In this document: piece after piece, positions 27,867-35,679 of the stretch | How positions within the stretch are numbered: position 1 is the first letter of the stretch | Layout of the letters: every line of letters begins with the position of its first letter | Source of the DNA: an uncultured Actinomycetes bacterium | GTDB taxonomy: Bacteria; Actinomycetota; Thermoleophilia; Gaiellales; Gaiellaceae | Direction of reading: 5' to 3' | Assembly (NCBI GenBank): GCA_963750595.1 | Contig: CAVVRG010000007.1 | Location: forward strand, 84,182 to 148,181 | DNA length: 64,000 nt | Notes under the pieces: model-generated | Database searches by the model: none | The model's input: the letters and a program-made list of their open reading frames with translations, nothing else | Told to the model about the DNA's origin: nothing | Program-made: the position numbers and the translations under genes

Positions 27867-28928
27867 ATGCCGGACGATATCGCCGAGCCGAGACGGCGGT
27901 TCCTGGGCTCGTGGCGCCGTCTCCTCGGAGGAGGCGTCTCGGTGGCCGTGCTCGTCGCGGTGTTCGTGTTCTTCCTCCCGCGGATAGCCGACTACCGCGA
28001 CGTCTGGGAGGTCATCCGCGAGCTCACCTGGCGGGAGGGGCTGCTCCTCGCCGCAGTGACCGCACTCAACCTCGTTACGTTCGCGCCTCCGTGGATGGCC
28101 GCCCTGCCGGGCCTGCACTTCCGTCAGGCCATGGTGCTGACCCAGGCCTCGACGGCGCTCTCGATCGTCTCCCCGGCCGGCGCGGCCGTCGGTGTCGCCG
28201 GCTCGTACTCGATGCTCCGGTCGTGGGGGTTCGGCCGAAGCGAGGTGGGGCTCGCGGTCGGCGTCGCCGGGATCTGGAACCAGCTCGTCAACCTCGCGTT
28301 CCCGATCGTCGCGCTCGCGCTCCTCACGAGCATCGACGAAAATCACCCGGCGCTGCAAACGGCTGCGGTCGTGGGCGTCGTCGTCCTCGCCGTCGTCCTC
28401 GTCGCCTTCGCGCTCGCGCTCTCCGCCCCGCGCCGCGCGCGGAGGATCGGGGACCTGGCGGCGCGCATCGTCGGCCGGGTGCGTGGCGTTTTCCGGCGAG
28501 GGCCAGTCGCGTGGGGAGGCGAGGATCTCGCGGACTTCCGGTCGCGGGCGCTCGAGCTCCTTCGGCGTCGATGGCACGTGATCACGGTGGCGACCCTGGT
28601 CGGGCACCTGACGGTCTTCCTCCTGCTGCTGACCTGCCTGCGTGTCGTCGGTGTCGGCGGCGCAGAGGTCTCGGTGATCGAGGCCTTCGCGGCGTGGGCG
28701 CTCATCCGGGTTCTCGGCGTGATCCCGCTGACCCCAGGCGGCCTGGGGATCGTGGAGCTCGGCCTGAGCGGTGCCCTCGTCGCGTTCGGCGCGTCCAACG
28801 CGGACGCGGTCGCGGCGACGCTCCTGTACCGCGCGCTCTCGGTGCTCCCGACGCTGGCCCTCGGGTTGCTCGCCGCCGCCACTTGGCGCACGCACCATCC
28901 AGGGGAGCATCTAGACTCCCCCGCGTGA
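27867..28928 (+). CDS. UPF0104 / lysylphosphatidylglycerol-synthase-TM-domain (flippase-like) membrane protein
   Basis: About 8 TM helices and the family-typical 'PLTPGGLGIVE' motif. Confidence 0.75.
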   Translation: MPDDIAEPRRRFLGSWRRLLGGGVSVAVLVAVFVFFLPRIADYRDVWEVIRELTWREGLLLAAVTALNLVTFAPPWMAALPGLHFRQAMVLTQASTALSIVSPAGAAVGVAGSYSMLRSWGFGRSEVGLAVGVAGIWNQLVNLAFPIVALALLTSIDENHPALQTAAVVGVVVLAVVLVAFALALSAPRRARRIGDLAARIVGRVRGVFRRGPVAWGGEDLADFRSRALELLRRRWHVITVATLVGHLTVFLLLLTCLRVVGVGGAEVSVIEAFAAWALIRVLGVIPLTPGGLGIVELGLSGALVAFGASNADAVAATLLYRALSVLPTLALGLLAAATWRTHHPGEHLDSPA

Positions 28929-29010
28929 CCCTGACGAGGGGCGGGATCACTGCCTCGAGGGACGTGCGTCCTCGGGCAGCCAGAGAGAACAGCCGGCGGA
29001 GCGTTCAACG

Positions 29011-29598
29011 GTGAGAGCCGTGACCTCCGTGCCGGCGTCAGCGACGATCCGGGTCGCGCTGGCCATGCTCCTCACGGCGTCGTTCCTGGCGTTCCTCGTC
29101 GCCGGCCGCGCGGACGGCGCTGGCTCGTGGGCGTCGTACCTGGCCCCGGCGTCCGCGTGCCCGGGGTCGACGGATCGGAATGCATCGGCCGCCGTGCAGG
29201 AACGGGCCGCCGCGTGCCTCGTCAACTGGGCGAGGGCCCGCGCTCGCGTCTCCCGACTCCGTCGCCCCGCCAAGCTCGGACGGGCCGCGGCCCTGAAGGG
29301 GGGCAAGGTCGCCTCGTGCGGCGACTTCTCGCACACGCCGTGCGGAAGCGACCCCCGGGCCTCGGTGCGGGCGGTCGGCTACCGGTACACACGTTTCGGC
29401 GAAAACCTCTTCCTCGGGACGTGGGGCACGGTGACAGCGCGGGACGCGGTCGCGGCCTGGCTCGGGTCACCGCCCCACCGCCAGAACATGCTACGTCGGG
29501 GGTATCGGCATCTCGGGGCAGCGCTCGTCCGGGCACGGGGGATGCGCCGCGACGGTGACGGCGCGCTCTGGGTCACCGAGTTCGCGACACCTCGCTGA
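29011..29598 (+). CDS. secreted CAP/SCP/PR-1-like domain protein
   Basis: Signal/anchor, then 'GENLFLG…WLGSPPHRQNML…RHLGAA' (CAP motifs). Confidence 0.75.
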   Translation: MRAVTSVPASATIRVALAMLLTASFLAFLVAGRADGAGSWASYLAPASACPGSTDRNASAAVQERAAACLVNWARARARVSRLRRPAKLGRAAALKGGKVASCGDFSHTPCGSDPRASVRAVGYRYTRFGENLFLGTWGTVTARDAVAAWLGSPPHRQNMLRRGYRHLGAALVRARGMRRDGDGALWVTEFATPR

Positions 29599-29646
29599 GC
29601 ACCTCGGCGGGCAGGACTCGCCGCGCGAGCCGGGAACCAGCGCCTG

Positions 29647-30009
29647 ATGAGGGAGGAGAGCCACCTCGACGACATGCGCTCCGCCATCCGCGGAGACTTC
29701 GAGCGGCTGGCCGAGCGGCGTGGAGGCCAGGAGCTGATGAGCGTCGCTCCCGATACGGCGCAGCTCGACGCCGCATCCGGGGAGCCTGCCCCGGATCCCG
29801 TCGAGCCGACGGGCCTCGAGCCGGCGAACGTGCCCGCGGCCGAGCTAGAGCAGCCGTCCGAGGAGCGTGAGGCCCCGCCTCCGGCCGCCGACGAGCCCGT
29901 CGCGGAGGACGATGCCGAGCCCGAGCCGGCCGAGGAAGCGGCCGAGCTCGCAGAGGAGCCCGAGGCTCCCGTGCGCCGCTCGTGGCTCGACCGCCTGCTC
30001 GGCCGCTGA
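29647..30009 (+). CDS. acidic Pro/Glu/Ala-rich hypothetical protein
   Basis: ORF only, with low-complexity acidic composition. Confidence 0.35.
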   Translation: MREESHLDDMRSAIRGDFERLAERRGGQELMSVAPDTAQLDAASGEPAPDPVEPTGLEPANVPAAELEQPSEEREAPPPAADEPVAEDDAEPEPAEEAAELAEEPEAPVRRSWLDRLLGR

Positions 30010-30061
30010 GCGAGGCCTTCTCGGTCGCGCCGACGCGTGTCGCGTCCGCTGTAATGCGGGC

Positions 30062-30613
30062 GTGAAGAAGGCCGAGCGCGACGCGATCATGCGCCAGGGT
30101 GTCGTCCTCCCCGAGACGCCGCGAGACCGCCGCGAGCGCGCAGCCCTCGAGGAGGACCTCCGGGCCAACCCCTCGCGAGGCAGGCCGCTCCCGCTTCGCC
30201 TGCGCAACTTCCGGCCGCGGGCGGACTCGTATCTCGCGGCAGCACGCGGGCCGCTCCACTACATGCGTCGTCTCCACGACATCGAGCGGCGGCTCGAGGA
30301 ACACGAGAACGCGCTCCGCGAGGCGTGGCGGGCCCTGGCGGACGACTGCCTCGGCGACGCGCGCGGCTTCCGCCGACGCTGGGTCGCCGCGGCCCAGGTC
30401 GTCGACTTCACGGACGTGAACGACCTGATCGAGCGCCACGATCGCTGGTACCCGATCGAGTCCCGGCTTCCGATGGATCCCGGTACGGGCGACTTCGCGC
30501 TCGTGAATGGTCGCGACTACCGTCTCGGACCGCGCGACGAGTCGTGGGTCCTCGAGCGCTTCCCGCCGGAGATCGAGGCCGCCCTACCGGTTGCGCCGAC
30601 GGCCCGAGCCTGA
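30062..30613 (+). CDS. hypothetical protein
   Basis: 183-aa ORF with a balanced, non-GC-artefact composition ('HYMRRLHDIERRLEEHENALREAW…'). No family recognised. Confidence 0.5.
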   Translation: MKKAERDAIMRQGVVLPETPRDRRERAALEEDLRANPSRGRPLPLRLRNFRPRADSYLAAARGPLHYMRRLHDIERRLEEHENALREAWRALADDCLGDARGFRRRWVAAAQVVDFTDVNDLIERHDRWYPIESRLPMDPGTGDFALVNGRDYRLGPRDESWVLERFPPEIEAALPVAPTARA

Positions 30614-30677
30614 AGCCCGCCGTCACCGGTCGGCGGCTCGCACGGCGCGGGACGACGAGGCAGGGGAGAATGGGCGC

Positions 30678-31859
30678 ATGACGCTCGGCGAGCTCGCGCT
30701 GACGGTCGGAGTGCTGGCCGTTCTCGGGCTCGGGGCGCGGCGCTTCGGCCTCTCGGCGATCCCCGCGTACCTGCTTGCGGGGCTCCTCCTCGGCCCCAAC
30801 GAGCCGACGGAGCTCTACCTCATCAGCCCCTCCGAGGTCACGGAGTTCGTGGCGGAGCTCGGGATCGTCTTCCTCCTCTTCTTCCTCGGGCTCGAGTTCA
30901 GCCTCGCCCGGCTCATGCGGACGGGCCGTCACGTCGGGCTCGGGGGCACGATCGACCTCGTCGTGAACGCGGCGCTCGGCCTCGTCGTTGGGATCGCCGC
31001 GTTCGGCGTGTCGACCGCGGCGGTCGTCCTGGCCGCCTGCATCTACGTCTCGTCCAGCGCGATCGCGGTGAAGGGCCTCATCGACTTCCGGCGGCTGGCC
31101 GACGACGAGACCGACCTCATCCTCGCGATCCTCGTCTTCGAGGACATCGTCATCGCGTTCATGCTCGGCTTCGCGGCCGCGGGTGGGGGCGAGCCCTCGG
31201 ACACGCTCGTCCTCGTCGCCAAGGCCCTCGCCTTCGTCACGGCCGGCCTGGCGGCTTCCCGCTGGCTCGCGAGACCGCTCGACCGGCTGCTCGACCGGCT
31301 GCCCCTGGAGTTCTTCCTGCTCGTCGTCTTCGGCTTCCTCGTGGGCAGTGCCGCGATCGCCGACGCGCTCGGGCTCTCCGAGGCGATCGGCGCCCTCATG
31401 GCCGGGATCGTGCTCTCGGAGACGTCCGTCCGGGAACAGATCGAGGAGCGCTTCTTCAGCTTCCGCGACATCTTCGCGGCCCTGTTCTTCTTCGTGTTCG
31501 GCCTGTCCATCGACCTCTCGGCGCTCGGCGAGGTCGGCTGGATCGTGGCGCTCGCCGTGCTCGTGACGCTCGTCGGCAAGATCGCCGGCGGCCTCGCTGC
31601 CGGGCGCGTCGGCGGGTTCACGAGCCGGCAGAGCCTGAACGCCGGCGTCGCGCTCGTCGCGCACGGCGAGTTCACCGTCATCCTCGCCCAGCTCGCCTCC
31701 GACAACCCCGCGATCCACCCCGAGGACAGCGCCGACCTCGTGGCGTTCGCCGGCCTCTACGTCCTCGTCACGGCCACGATCGGCATCGTCCTGATGAAGG
31801 AGTCGAAGCGGCTGGGACGCGCCCTGTTCTCGACCCCTAGACTGACTGGAGAGACCTGA
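30678..31859 (+). CDS. CPA2-family cation:proton antiporter (Kef/KhtU-like)
   Basis: About 11 TM helices, with 'GLLLGP', 'ELGIVFLLFFLGLEFS' and 'EAIGALMAGIVLSE'. Confidence 0.85.
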   Translation: MTLGELALTVGVLAVLGLGARRFGLSAIPAYLLAGLLLGPNEPTELYLISPSEVTEFVAELGIVFLLFFLGLEFSLARLMRTGRHVGLGGTIDLVVNAALGLVVGIAAFGVSTAAVVLAACIYVSSSAIAVKGLIDFRRLADDETDLILAILVFEDIVIAFMLGFAAAGGGEPSDTLVLVAKALAFVTAGLAASRWLARPLDRLLDRLPLEFFLLVVFGFLVGSAAIADALGLSEAIGALMAGIVLSETSVREQIEERFFSFRDIFAALFFFVFGLSIDLSALGEVGWIVALAVLVTLVGKIAGGLAAGRVGGFTSRQSLNAGVALVAHGEFTVILAQLASDNPAIHPEDSADLVAFAGLYVLVTATIGIVLMKESKRLGRALFSTPRLTGET

Positions 31860-32362
31860 TGCCCCTCGACGTCCGAGAGACTCGCCTTCCCGGCGTGGGT
31901 TTCAAGTACGCCTTCCACCTCGCTCACGGTGGTCGGCTGTCCGTGATCCTGCACATGGACGGTCAGCGGGACATCTACTACTACCGGCGCGCAACGGACG
32001 ACGACCCGACGAGCGTCCTCGAGCTCCAGGACGACGAGGCTCGCCAACTGGGGGCGATCCTCGGCGGCGCGTACGAGCGCCCGAAGATCGTCGAGGAGCT
32101 CGAGATGGCGCTCGGCGAGCTCCAGATCGAGTGGATCCCGGTTCCCGACTCGAGCCCGGCGATCGGGCGCACGCTCGCCGAGTGCGGGTTGCGCGCGAGG
32201 ACGGGCGTGACCGTGATCGCGATCCTCCGCGAGCCGGAGCCGATCAGCGGCGCACAGCCGGAGGACGTGATCCAGCAAGGCGACACGCTGGTCGCGGTCG
32301 GGAAGGCCGGCCAGTTCGCCCAGTTCCGGAAGCTTCTCGCCGAGGGCCCGTACGACTCTTAG
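31859..32362 (+). CDS. TrkA-C/RCK_C regulatory subunit of the antiporter (KhtT-like)
   Basis: 'ETRLPGVGFKYAF…' N-terminal domain plus RCK_C 'IGRTLAECGLRARTGVTVIAILRE…GDTLVAVG'. Its start overlaps the antiporter stop. Confidence 0.8.
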   Translation: MPLDVRETRLPGVGFKYAFHLAHGGRLSVILHMDGQRDIYYYRRATDDDPTSVLELQDDEARQLGAILGGAYERPKIVEELEMALGELQIEWIPVPDSSPAIGRTLAECGLRARTGVTVIAILREPEPISGAQPEDVIQQGDTLVAVGKAGQFAQFRKLLAEGPYDS

Positions 32363-32370
32363 TCCGCAAG

Positions 32371-32437
32371 CATTCCCGGCTCGCTCGCGCGAGCCGGGAA
32401 TGCGGCAAGATCCCTGAAGGCGTCCGCTTCGCGGCCG
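32371..32437 (+). repeat. dispersed element copy D
   Basis: 14-bp stem CATTCCCGGCTCGC-TCGC-GCGAGCCGGGAATG, core CGGCAAGATCCCTGAAGG, then CGTCCGC-TTC-GCGGCCG. Confidence 0.7.
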
Positions 32438-32465
32438 CATGTGTGCCTCGAGCTCGATCGCCTGG

Positions 32466-32507
32466 GCCGGGAGTGCGGCAAGACCCCTGAAGCAGGGCCT
32501 TCGGGCT
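32466..32507 (+). repeat. dispersed element copy E (core plus UUCG hairpin only)
   Basis: CGGCAAGACCCCTGAAG followed by GGGCC-TTCG-GGCTC. Confidence 0.55.
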
Positions 32508-32977
32508 CACCAGAAGCCGTCGTGCACGGCCCACGCCTCGTCCTCGAAGTGCGGTCCGCTCACCGCCACGCTGCGCCCACCGCGGGAGAGGACGTCCCGG
32601 CACGAGAGCGCGAGCTTGCCACTGTCCTCGCCGATGCCCGCGAGCTCGCGGAACCGCTCGGCGCCGAGCGCGAACACGATCCGCCCGACTCCCGCCCAGT
32701 ACGCGGCCGACGTGCACATCGCGCACGGCTCGGTGCTTGCGTAGAGCGTGTACGCGCCGAGGTCCACGAGTCCGAGAGCGGCGCCCGCCGCACGCACGGC
32801 GTTCAGCTCCGCATGCCCCGTCCAGTCCGTGTCCGTCACGAGCGTGTTCTGCGCTTCCACGACCGACCCCTGCCCGTCGGCGAGAAGCGCGCCGAAGGGG
32901 TGGTTGCCGCGCTCGCGTGCGAGGCGCGCAAGCTCGAGCGTGCGCCGAAGCTGACGCTCGTCCTGAGGCGGGATCAC
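32507..32977 (-). CDS. CMP/dCMP-type zinc deaminase (nucleoside/guanine deaminase-like)
   Basis: 'HAELNAV' and 'PCAMC' zinc motifs. The GTG start overlaps the upstream stop as GTGA. Confidence 0.85.
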   Translation of the reverse strand: MIPPQDERQLRRTLELARLARERGNHPFGALLADGQGSVVEAQNTLVTDTDWTGHAELNAVRAAGAALGLVDLGAYTLYASTEPCAMCTSAAYWAGVGRIVFALGAERFRELAGIGEDSGKLALSCRDVLSRGGRSVAVSGPHFEDEAWAVHDGFW

Positions 32978-33570
32978 CGGTGTGGCCGTGTCGCTCGTAC
33001 CAGGGCGTCGATCGCCGGTCGCTCCTCGTCCTCGACGTCGCGATGGACGCGCTCGGCCTTCTCGATCTCGAGCCCGGGGAGCTCGGCGATGATGTCGTCC
33101 GGCGTGCACAGGACGTCCGGATCGCTCGGGCCGCCCACGCCCTCGGTCAGGTTGAGCAGGTCGTGGCCGACGAGCAGGAACGTCCCACCCGGTGCGACGG
33201 CGCCGGCCGCCTTCTCCAGGACGAGCCTGCGCTCGCGGGCGGGGATGTGGAGGTAGAGGACGAGGACGAGGGCGTGGCCGCGCGCCTCGGGCTCGAAGTC
33301 GACGAGGTCGCCGACGCGGAAGTCGACCTCGACCCCCTCCTCGGCGGCACGAGCTCGCGCCTTCGCGATCGCCACGTCGGAGTAGTCGACGGCGGTCACG
33401 TCCCAGCCGACGCTCGCCAGCCAGATCGCGTTCCGGCCCTCGCCGCAGGCGAGGTCGAGCGCTCGGCCCGGCGCGAGCCCCGCCGCTTCGGCGACGAGGA
33501 AGCGGTTCGGCGCCAGGCCCCAGAGCGAGTGCGCGTGCGCGTAGTGCCGGTTCCAGTCCTCACGCTTCAC
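32974..33570 (-). CDS. class I SAM-dependent methyltransferase
   Basis: Motif I 'ALDLACGEGRNAIWLA', with 'VTAVDYS' after it. Confidence 0.85.
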   Translation of the reverse strand: MKREDWNRHYAHAHSLWGLAPNRFLVAEAAGLAPGRALDLACGEGRNAIWLASVGWDVTAVDYSDVAIAKARARAAEEGVEVDFRVGDLVDFEPEARGHALVLVLYLHIPARERRLVLEKAAGAVAPGGTFLLVGHDLLNLTEGVGGPSDPDVLCTPDDIIAELPGLEIEKAERVHRDVEDEERPAIDALVRATRPHR

Positions 33571-34720
33571 GTGGTCTCACCCCCCGACCGACGACGCGCT
33601 GGCTCGCGAGGAGGGTCAGCGCGCAGAGCCCGGCTCCGAGCAGGTACGGAGCCGCGTCGCCGAACGCCGACGCGAGCGCGCCGCCCGCGATCGGTCCCGT
33701 CATGTTCCCGAGCGCCCACGCGCTGTTCATGATCCCGAAGGCGAGGCCCTGCGCGAGGCCGGCCGTCTCGGCGCGGTGCGAGGTCAGGGCCATGCCCGGC
33801 GCGTAGAAGCCGCCGAAGCTCAACGCCGCGGCGCCGACGAGGAACGCGATGGCCGCGGGTTGCGACGCGAGTGCGAGCAGGCTCGCGACGACGATCGACG
33901 CTCCGAGAGCCGCGCGGATGGGGAGGAGCCGGCCGCGCCGGTCGCTGGCACGCCCGAGAATCGGGCTGATGACTACCTCGAGCAGGCCGGCGGCGAAAAA
34001 GACGGATCCGATCGCGAGGGTGGTCCAGCCGGCGTCGTCGAGGGCGAGCGGCGCCAGGACCGCCAGCGTCCCGAAGAGCAGCGCGGGGAGGGTGTTGAGC
34101 CAGAGCCCTCCGAGGAAGCGGGTGTCTCCGAGGGCGCGCGCGATGCCGCTGCGGGTGAGCGGCTCGCCGACCGACGAGCGGGGGAGGAGCGCGAGCCCGG
34201 CGAAGCCGAGGGCGACGACACCGAGTGTCCCGAACGCGAGCCGGATCCCCACCGCCTCGGCCACGCCGCCGAACATCGGCCCGATGATCGCACCGAACAC
34301 CGCGGCGCCGAAAGCCGTCCCGATTACCTCACCGCGTCTCGAAGCCGGCGCCGTGACGGTGATCCAGGCAAGAGCCCCAGCCCAGGTGGTGGTGCTCGAG
34401 AAGCCCTGGAGGAACCGTGCGATCCCGAGCGTCGCCGCGGTGTCGGCGGCCGCGAACGCGAAGCTCGCGACGCCGAGCAGGACGAGGCCACCCACCACCG
34501 CGGTCCTGGGCCCGAGCCTCGACGCGGCGATCCCGCCCGGGATCCCGCCGAGGAGCGCGCCCGCGCCGAACGCTCCGAGGAGGAGGCCCGCGCCGGTCTT
34601 CGACAGGTCGAACTCGTCCGCGTAATCCGGCACGAGCGGTGTCAGGGCGGTGAAGAGCATCGCGTCTACGAAGATCACCGCGGAGACGAGAACGAGGAGC
34701 CGTCGCACGTCTTCGAGCAT
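33560..34720 (-). CDS. MFS transporter
   Basis: 12 TM-like segments. Start chosen at MLEDVRRLLVLV (34720); the longer track ORF runs into the repeat region. Confidence 0.85.
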   Translation of the reverse strand: MLEDVRRLLVLVSAVIFVDAMLFTALTPLVPDYADEFDLSKTGAGLLLGAFGAGALLGGIPGGIAASRLGPRTAVVGGLVLLGVASFAFAAADTAATLGIARFLQGFSSTTTWAGALAWITVTAPASRRGEVIGTAFGAAVFGAIIGPMFGGVAEAVGIRLAFGTLGVVALGFAGLALLPRSSVGEPLTRSGIARALGDTRFLGGLWLNTLPALLFGTLAVLAPLALDDAGWTTLAIGSVFFAAGLLEVVISPILGRASDRRGRLLPIRAALGASIVVASLLALASQPAAIAFLVGAAALSFGGFYAPGMALTSHRAETAGLAQGLAFGIMNSAWALGNMTGPIAGGALASAFGDAAPYLLGAGLCALTLLASQRVVGRGVRPREA

Positions 34721-34772
34721 ACGCACGCCTGCTCGAACCGAGTCTGTCTCGACGCGCGACTGCGGCGCGACA

Positions 34773-34964
34773 GCGCCCGCGGAGCGGGCGCCTACAGGGA
34801 TCTTCGCGCTCGGTGCTCCGCGAGTGCGGAGCGCCGAGCTGCGGAAGAAAGAGCAAAGAAATGCACCGAGCCGGTGGCGCCTTCGTCCGGCTTTCCGACT
34901 GACCGCCGCCGAAACGGCTGCCGCTCGGAGAACCATCAACCTCGGACGCTCCGTACTCGGTGCA
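34773..34964 (-). ncRNA. structured RNA unit U1 (core 34862-34964 plus hairpins), probably the 5' leader of the MFS mRNA
   Basis: Closed by UGCACCGAG…CUCGGUGCA. Internal GCCGU-UUCG-GCGGC and GUCGG-AAAG-CCGGAC hairpins. Followed by 14-bp and 8-bp hairpins with no U tract before the MFS ATG. Confidence 0.5.
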
Positions 34965-34969
34965 TCCCC

Positions 34970-34999
34970 ACTCTATGCAGGCGGGGGGCTTGGGGTCAA
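34970..34999 (-). promoter_or_regulatory. predicted promoter of U1: TTGACC - 18 nt - TAGAGT
   Basis: The -10 ends 5 nt before the first base of the closing stem. The same layout is seen in U2 and U3. Confidence 0.5.
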
Positions 35000-35021
35000 G
35001 CACGCCGCGGAACGAACTTCG

Positions 35022-35032
35022 CGCAAATTGCG
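35022..35032. promoter_or_regulatory. palindrome CGCAA-A-TTGCG, 22 nt upstream of the U1 -35
   Basis: Conserved in sequence and spacing in all three units. Confidence 0.45.
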
Positions 35033-35041
35033 GAGGTTGAC

Positions 35042-35276
35042 AAAAGGCGACAGCGACGCGCTCCCGTCCTGTCGTATCGAGGCGGTCCCGACGCGCGACA
35101 GCAGGGGTCTTCGCGCTCGGTGCTCCGCATCCGCGGAGCACCGAGCTGCGGGGAGGAACGCGGAAAAGAAAATGCACCGAGCGGGTGACACCTTCGTCCA
35201 GTTTTCCGACTGACCGCCGCCGAAGCGACTGCCGCTCGGAGAAACCTTCAACCTCCGGTGCCCCATACTCGGTGCA
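35042..35276 (-). ncRNA. structured RNA unit U2 (core 35173-35276), candidate stand-alone sRNA
   Basis: Closing stem UGCACCGAG…CUCGGUGCA; GUCGC-UUCG-GCGGC and GUCGG-AAAA-CUGGAC; perfect 14-bp hairpin at 35115-35146. The final hairpin (35048-35074) is followed by a UUUU tract. Confidence 0.5.
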
Positions 35277-35282
35277 AGCCGC

Positions 35283-35311
35283 ACACTAGGGGCCCTCGCG
35301 GGGGGCGTCAA
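35283..35311 (-). promoter_or_regulatory. predicted promoter of U2: TTGACG - 17 nt - TAGTGT
   Basis: Same position relative to the closing stem as in U1 and U3. Confidence 0.5.
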
Positions 35312-35331
35312 GGCGCCCGAAAGTGAACATG

Positions 35332-35344
35332 TCGCAAATTGCGA
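35332..35344. promoter_or_regulatory. palindrome TCGCAA-A-TTGCGA upstream of the U2 promoter
   Basis: 6-bp arms, 21 nt from the -35. Confidence 0.45.
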
Positions 35345-35400
35345 AGTTTTCTTTTCGCACAGGGTCGAACTGCGCTATCCAGCGCGTGTTCTGGTGCTCG

Positions 35401-35548
35401 AAGAGAGAAAACGGCCGGGCGCGAGGGCCCGGCCGCAAGAGAATTCGCCGAGCCGGGAACGCTTTTGTCGACCTTCCCGACGAGCGTTCCGCTTCCGCGT
35501 AGTGCTCCTCGGGGGGCTTCGTCCTACCGGCGCCCCGTGCTCGGCGCA
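35401..35548 (-). ncRNA. structured RNA unit U3 (core 35446-35548) with canonical intrinsic terminator, candidate stand-alone sRNA
   Basis: The closing stem CGCCGAG…CUCGGCG carries a compensatory A-U to G-C change relative to U1 and U2. CGC-GGAA-GCG and GUCGG-GAAGG-UCGAC hairpins. The 9-bp GC hairpin at 35412-35435 is followed by UUUUCUCUCUU on the minus strand. Confidence 0.55.
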
Positions 35549-35553
35549 GCGGC

Positions 35554-35583
35554 ACTCTATGCACATAGGGCCACGTCCTTCAA
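35554..35583 (-). promoter_or_regulatory. predicted promoter of U3: TTGAAG - 18 nt - TAGAGT
   Basis: Same architecture as U1 and U2. Confidence 0.5.
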
Positions 35584-35605
35584 GGGCAGGCCCGGAGGAA
35601 TTCGG

Positions 35606-35616
35606 CGCAATTTGCG
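35606..35616. promoter_or_regulatory. palindrome CGCAA-T-TTGCG upstream of the U3 promoter, about 65 nt upstream of the divergent DMG-oxidase-like start
   Basis: 22 nt from the U3 -35. It lies in the shared divergent control region. Confidence 0.45.
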
Positions 35617-35679
35617 GCGGCGGGCCCCGCTCGCCGCGTCGAACCGCCGCCCCGCGTGCGGCCGGATTACTGTCTCCGC

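Noticed and set aside
34862-34900. Guanidine-III (ykkC-III) riboswitch, because of 'CCGGACGAAGGCGCC…CCGG' in U1.
   Set aside because: Only a ~15-nt partial resemblance to my recollection of that 41-nt pseudoknot. The downstream GGUCAGGACAAGA-like segment is missing, and U2 and U3 do not keep the match. A cmscan is needed to settle it.
34721-35655. Glycine riboswitch (tandem aptamers) upstream of the GcvT-domain gene.
   Set aside because: The repeats sit upstream of a glycine-cleavage-type domain, so this was tempting. However, I could not find the conserved GGAGAG…CACCGAAGGGGCAA…CUCAGGCAAAAGGAC-type core in either strand. The G.U pairs, promoters and U-tract terminators all indicate minus-strand transcription, away from that gene.
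34721-35655. CRISPR array.
   Set aside because: The repeat unit is about 300 bp with internal structure. There are no 25-40-bp direct repeats separated by unique spacers, and no cas genes in the window.
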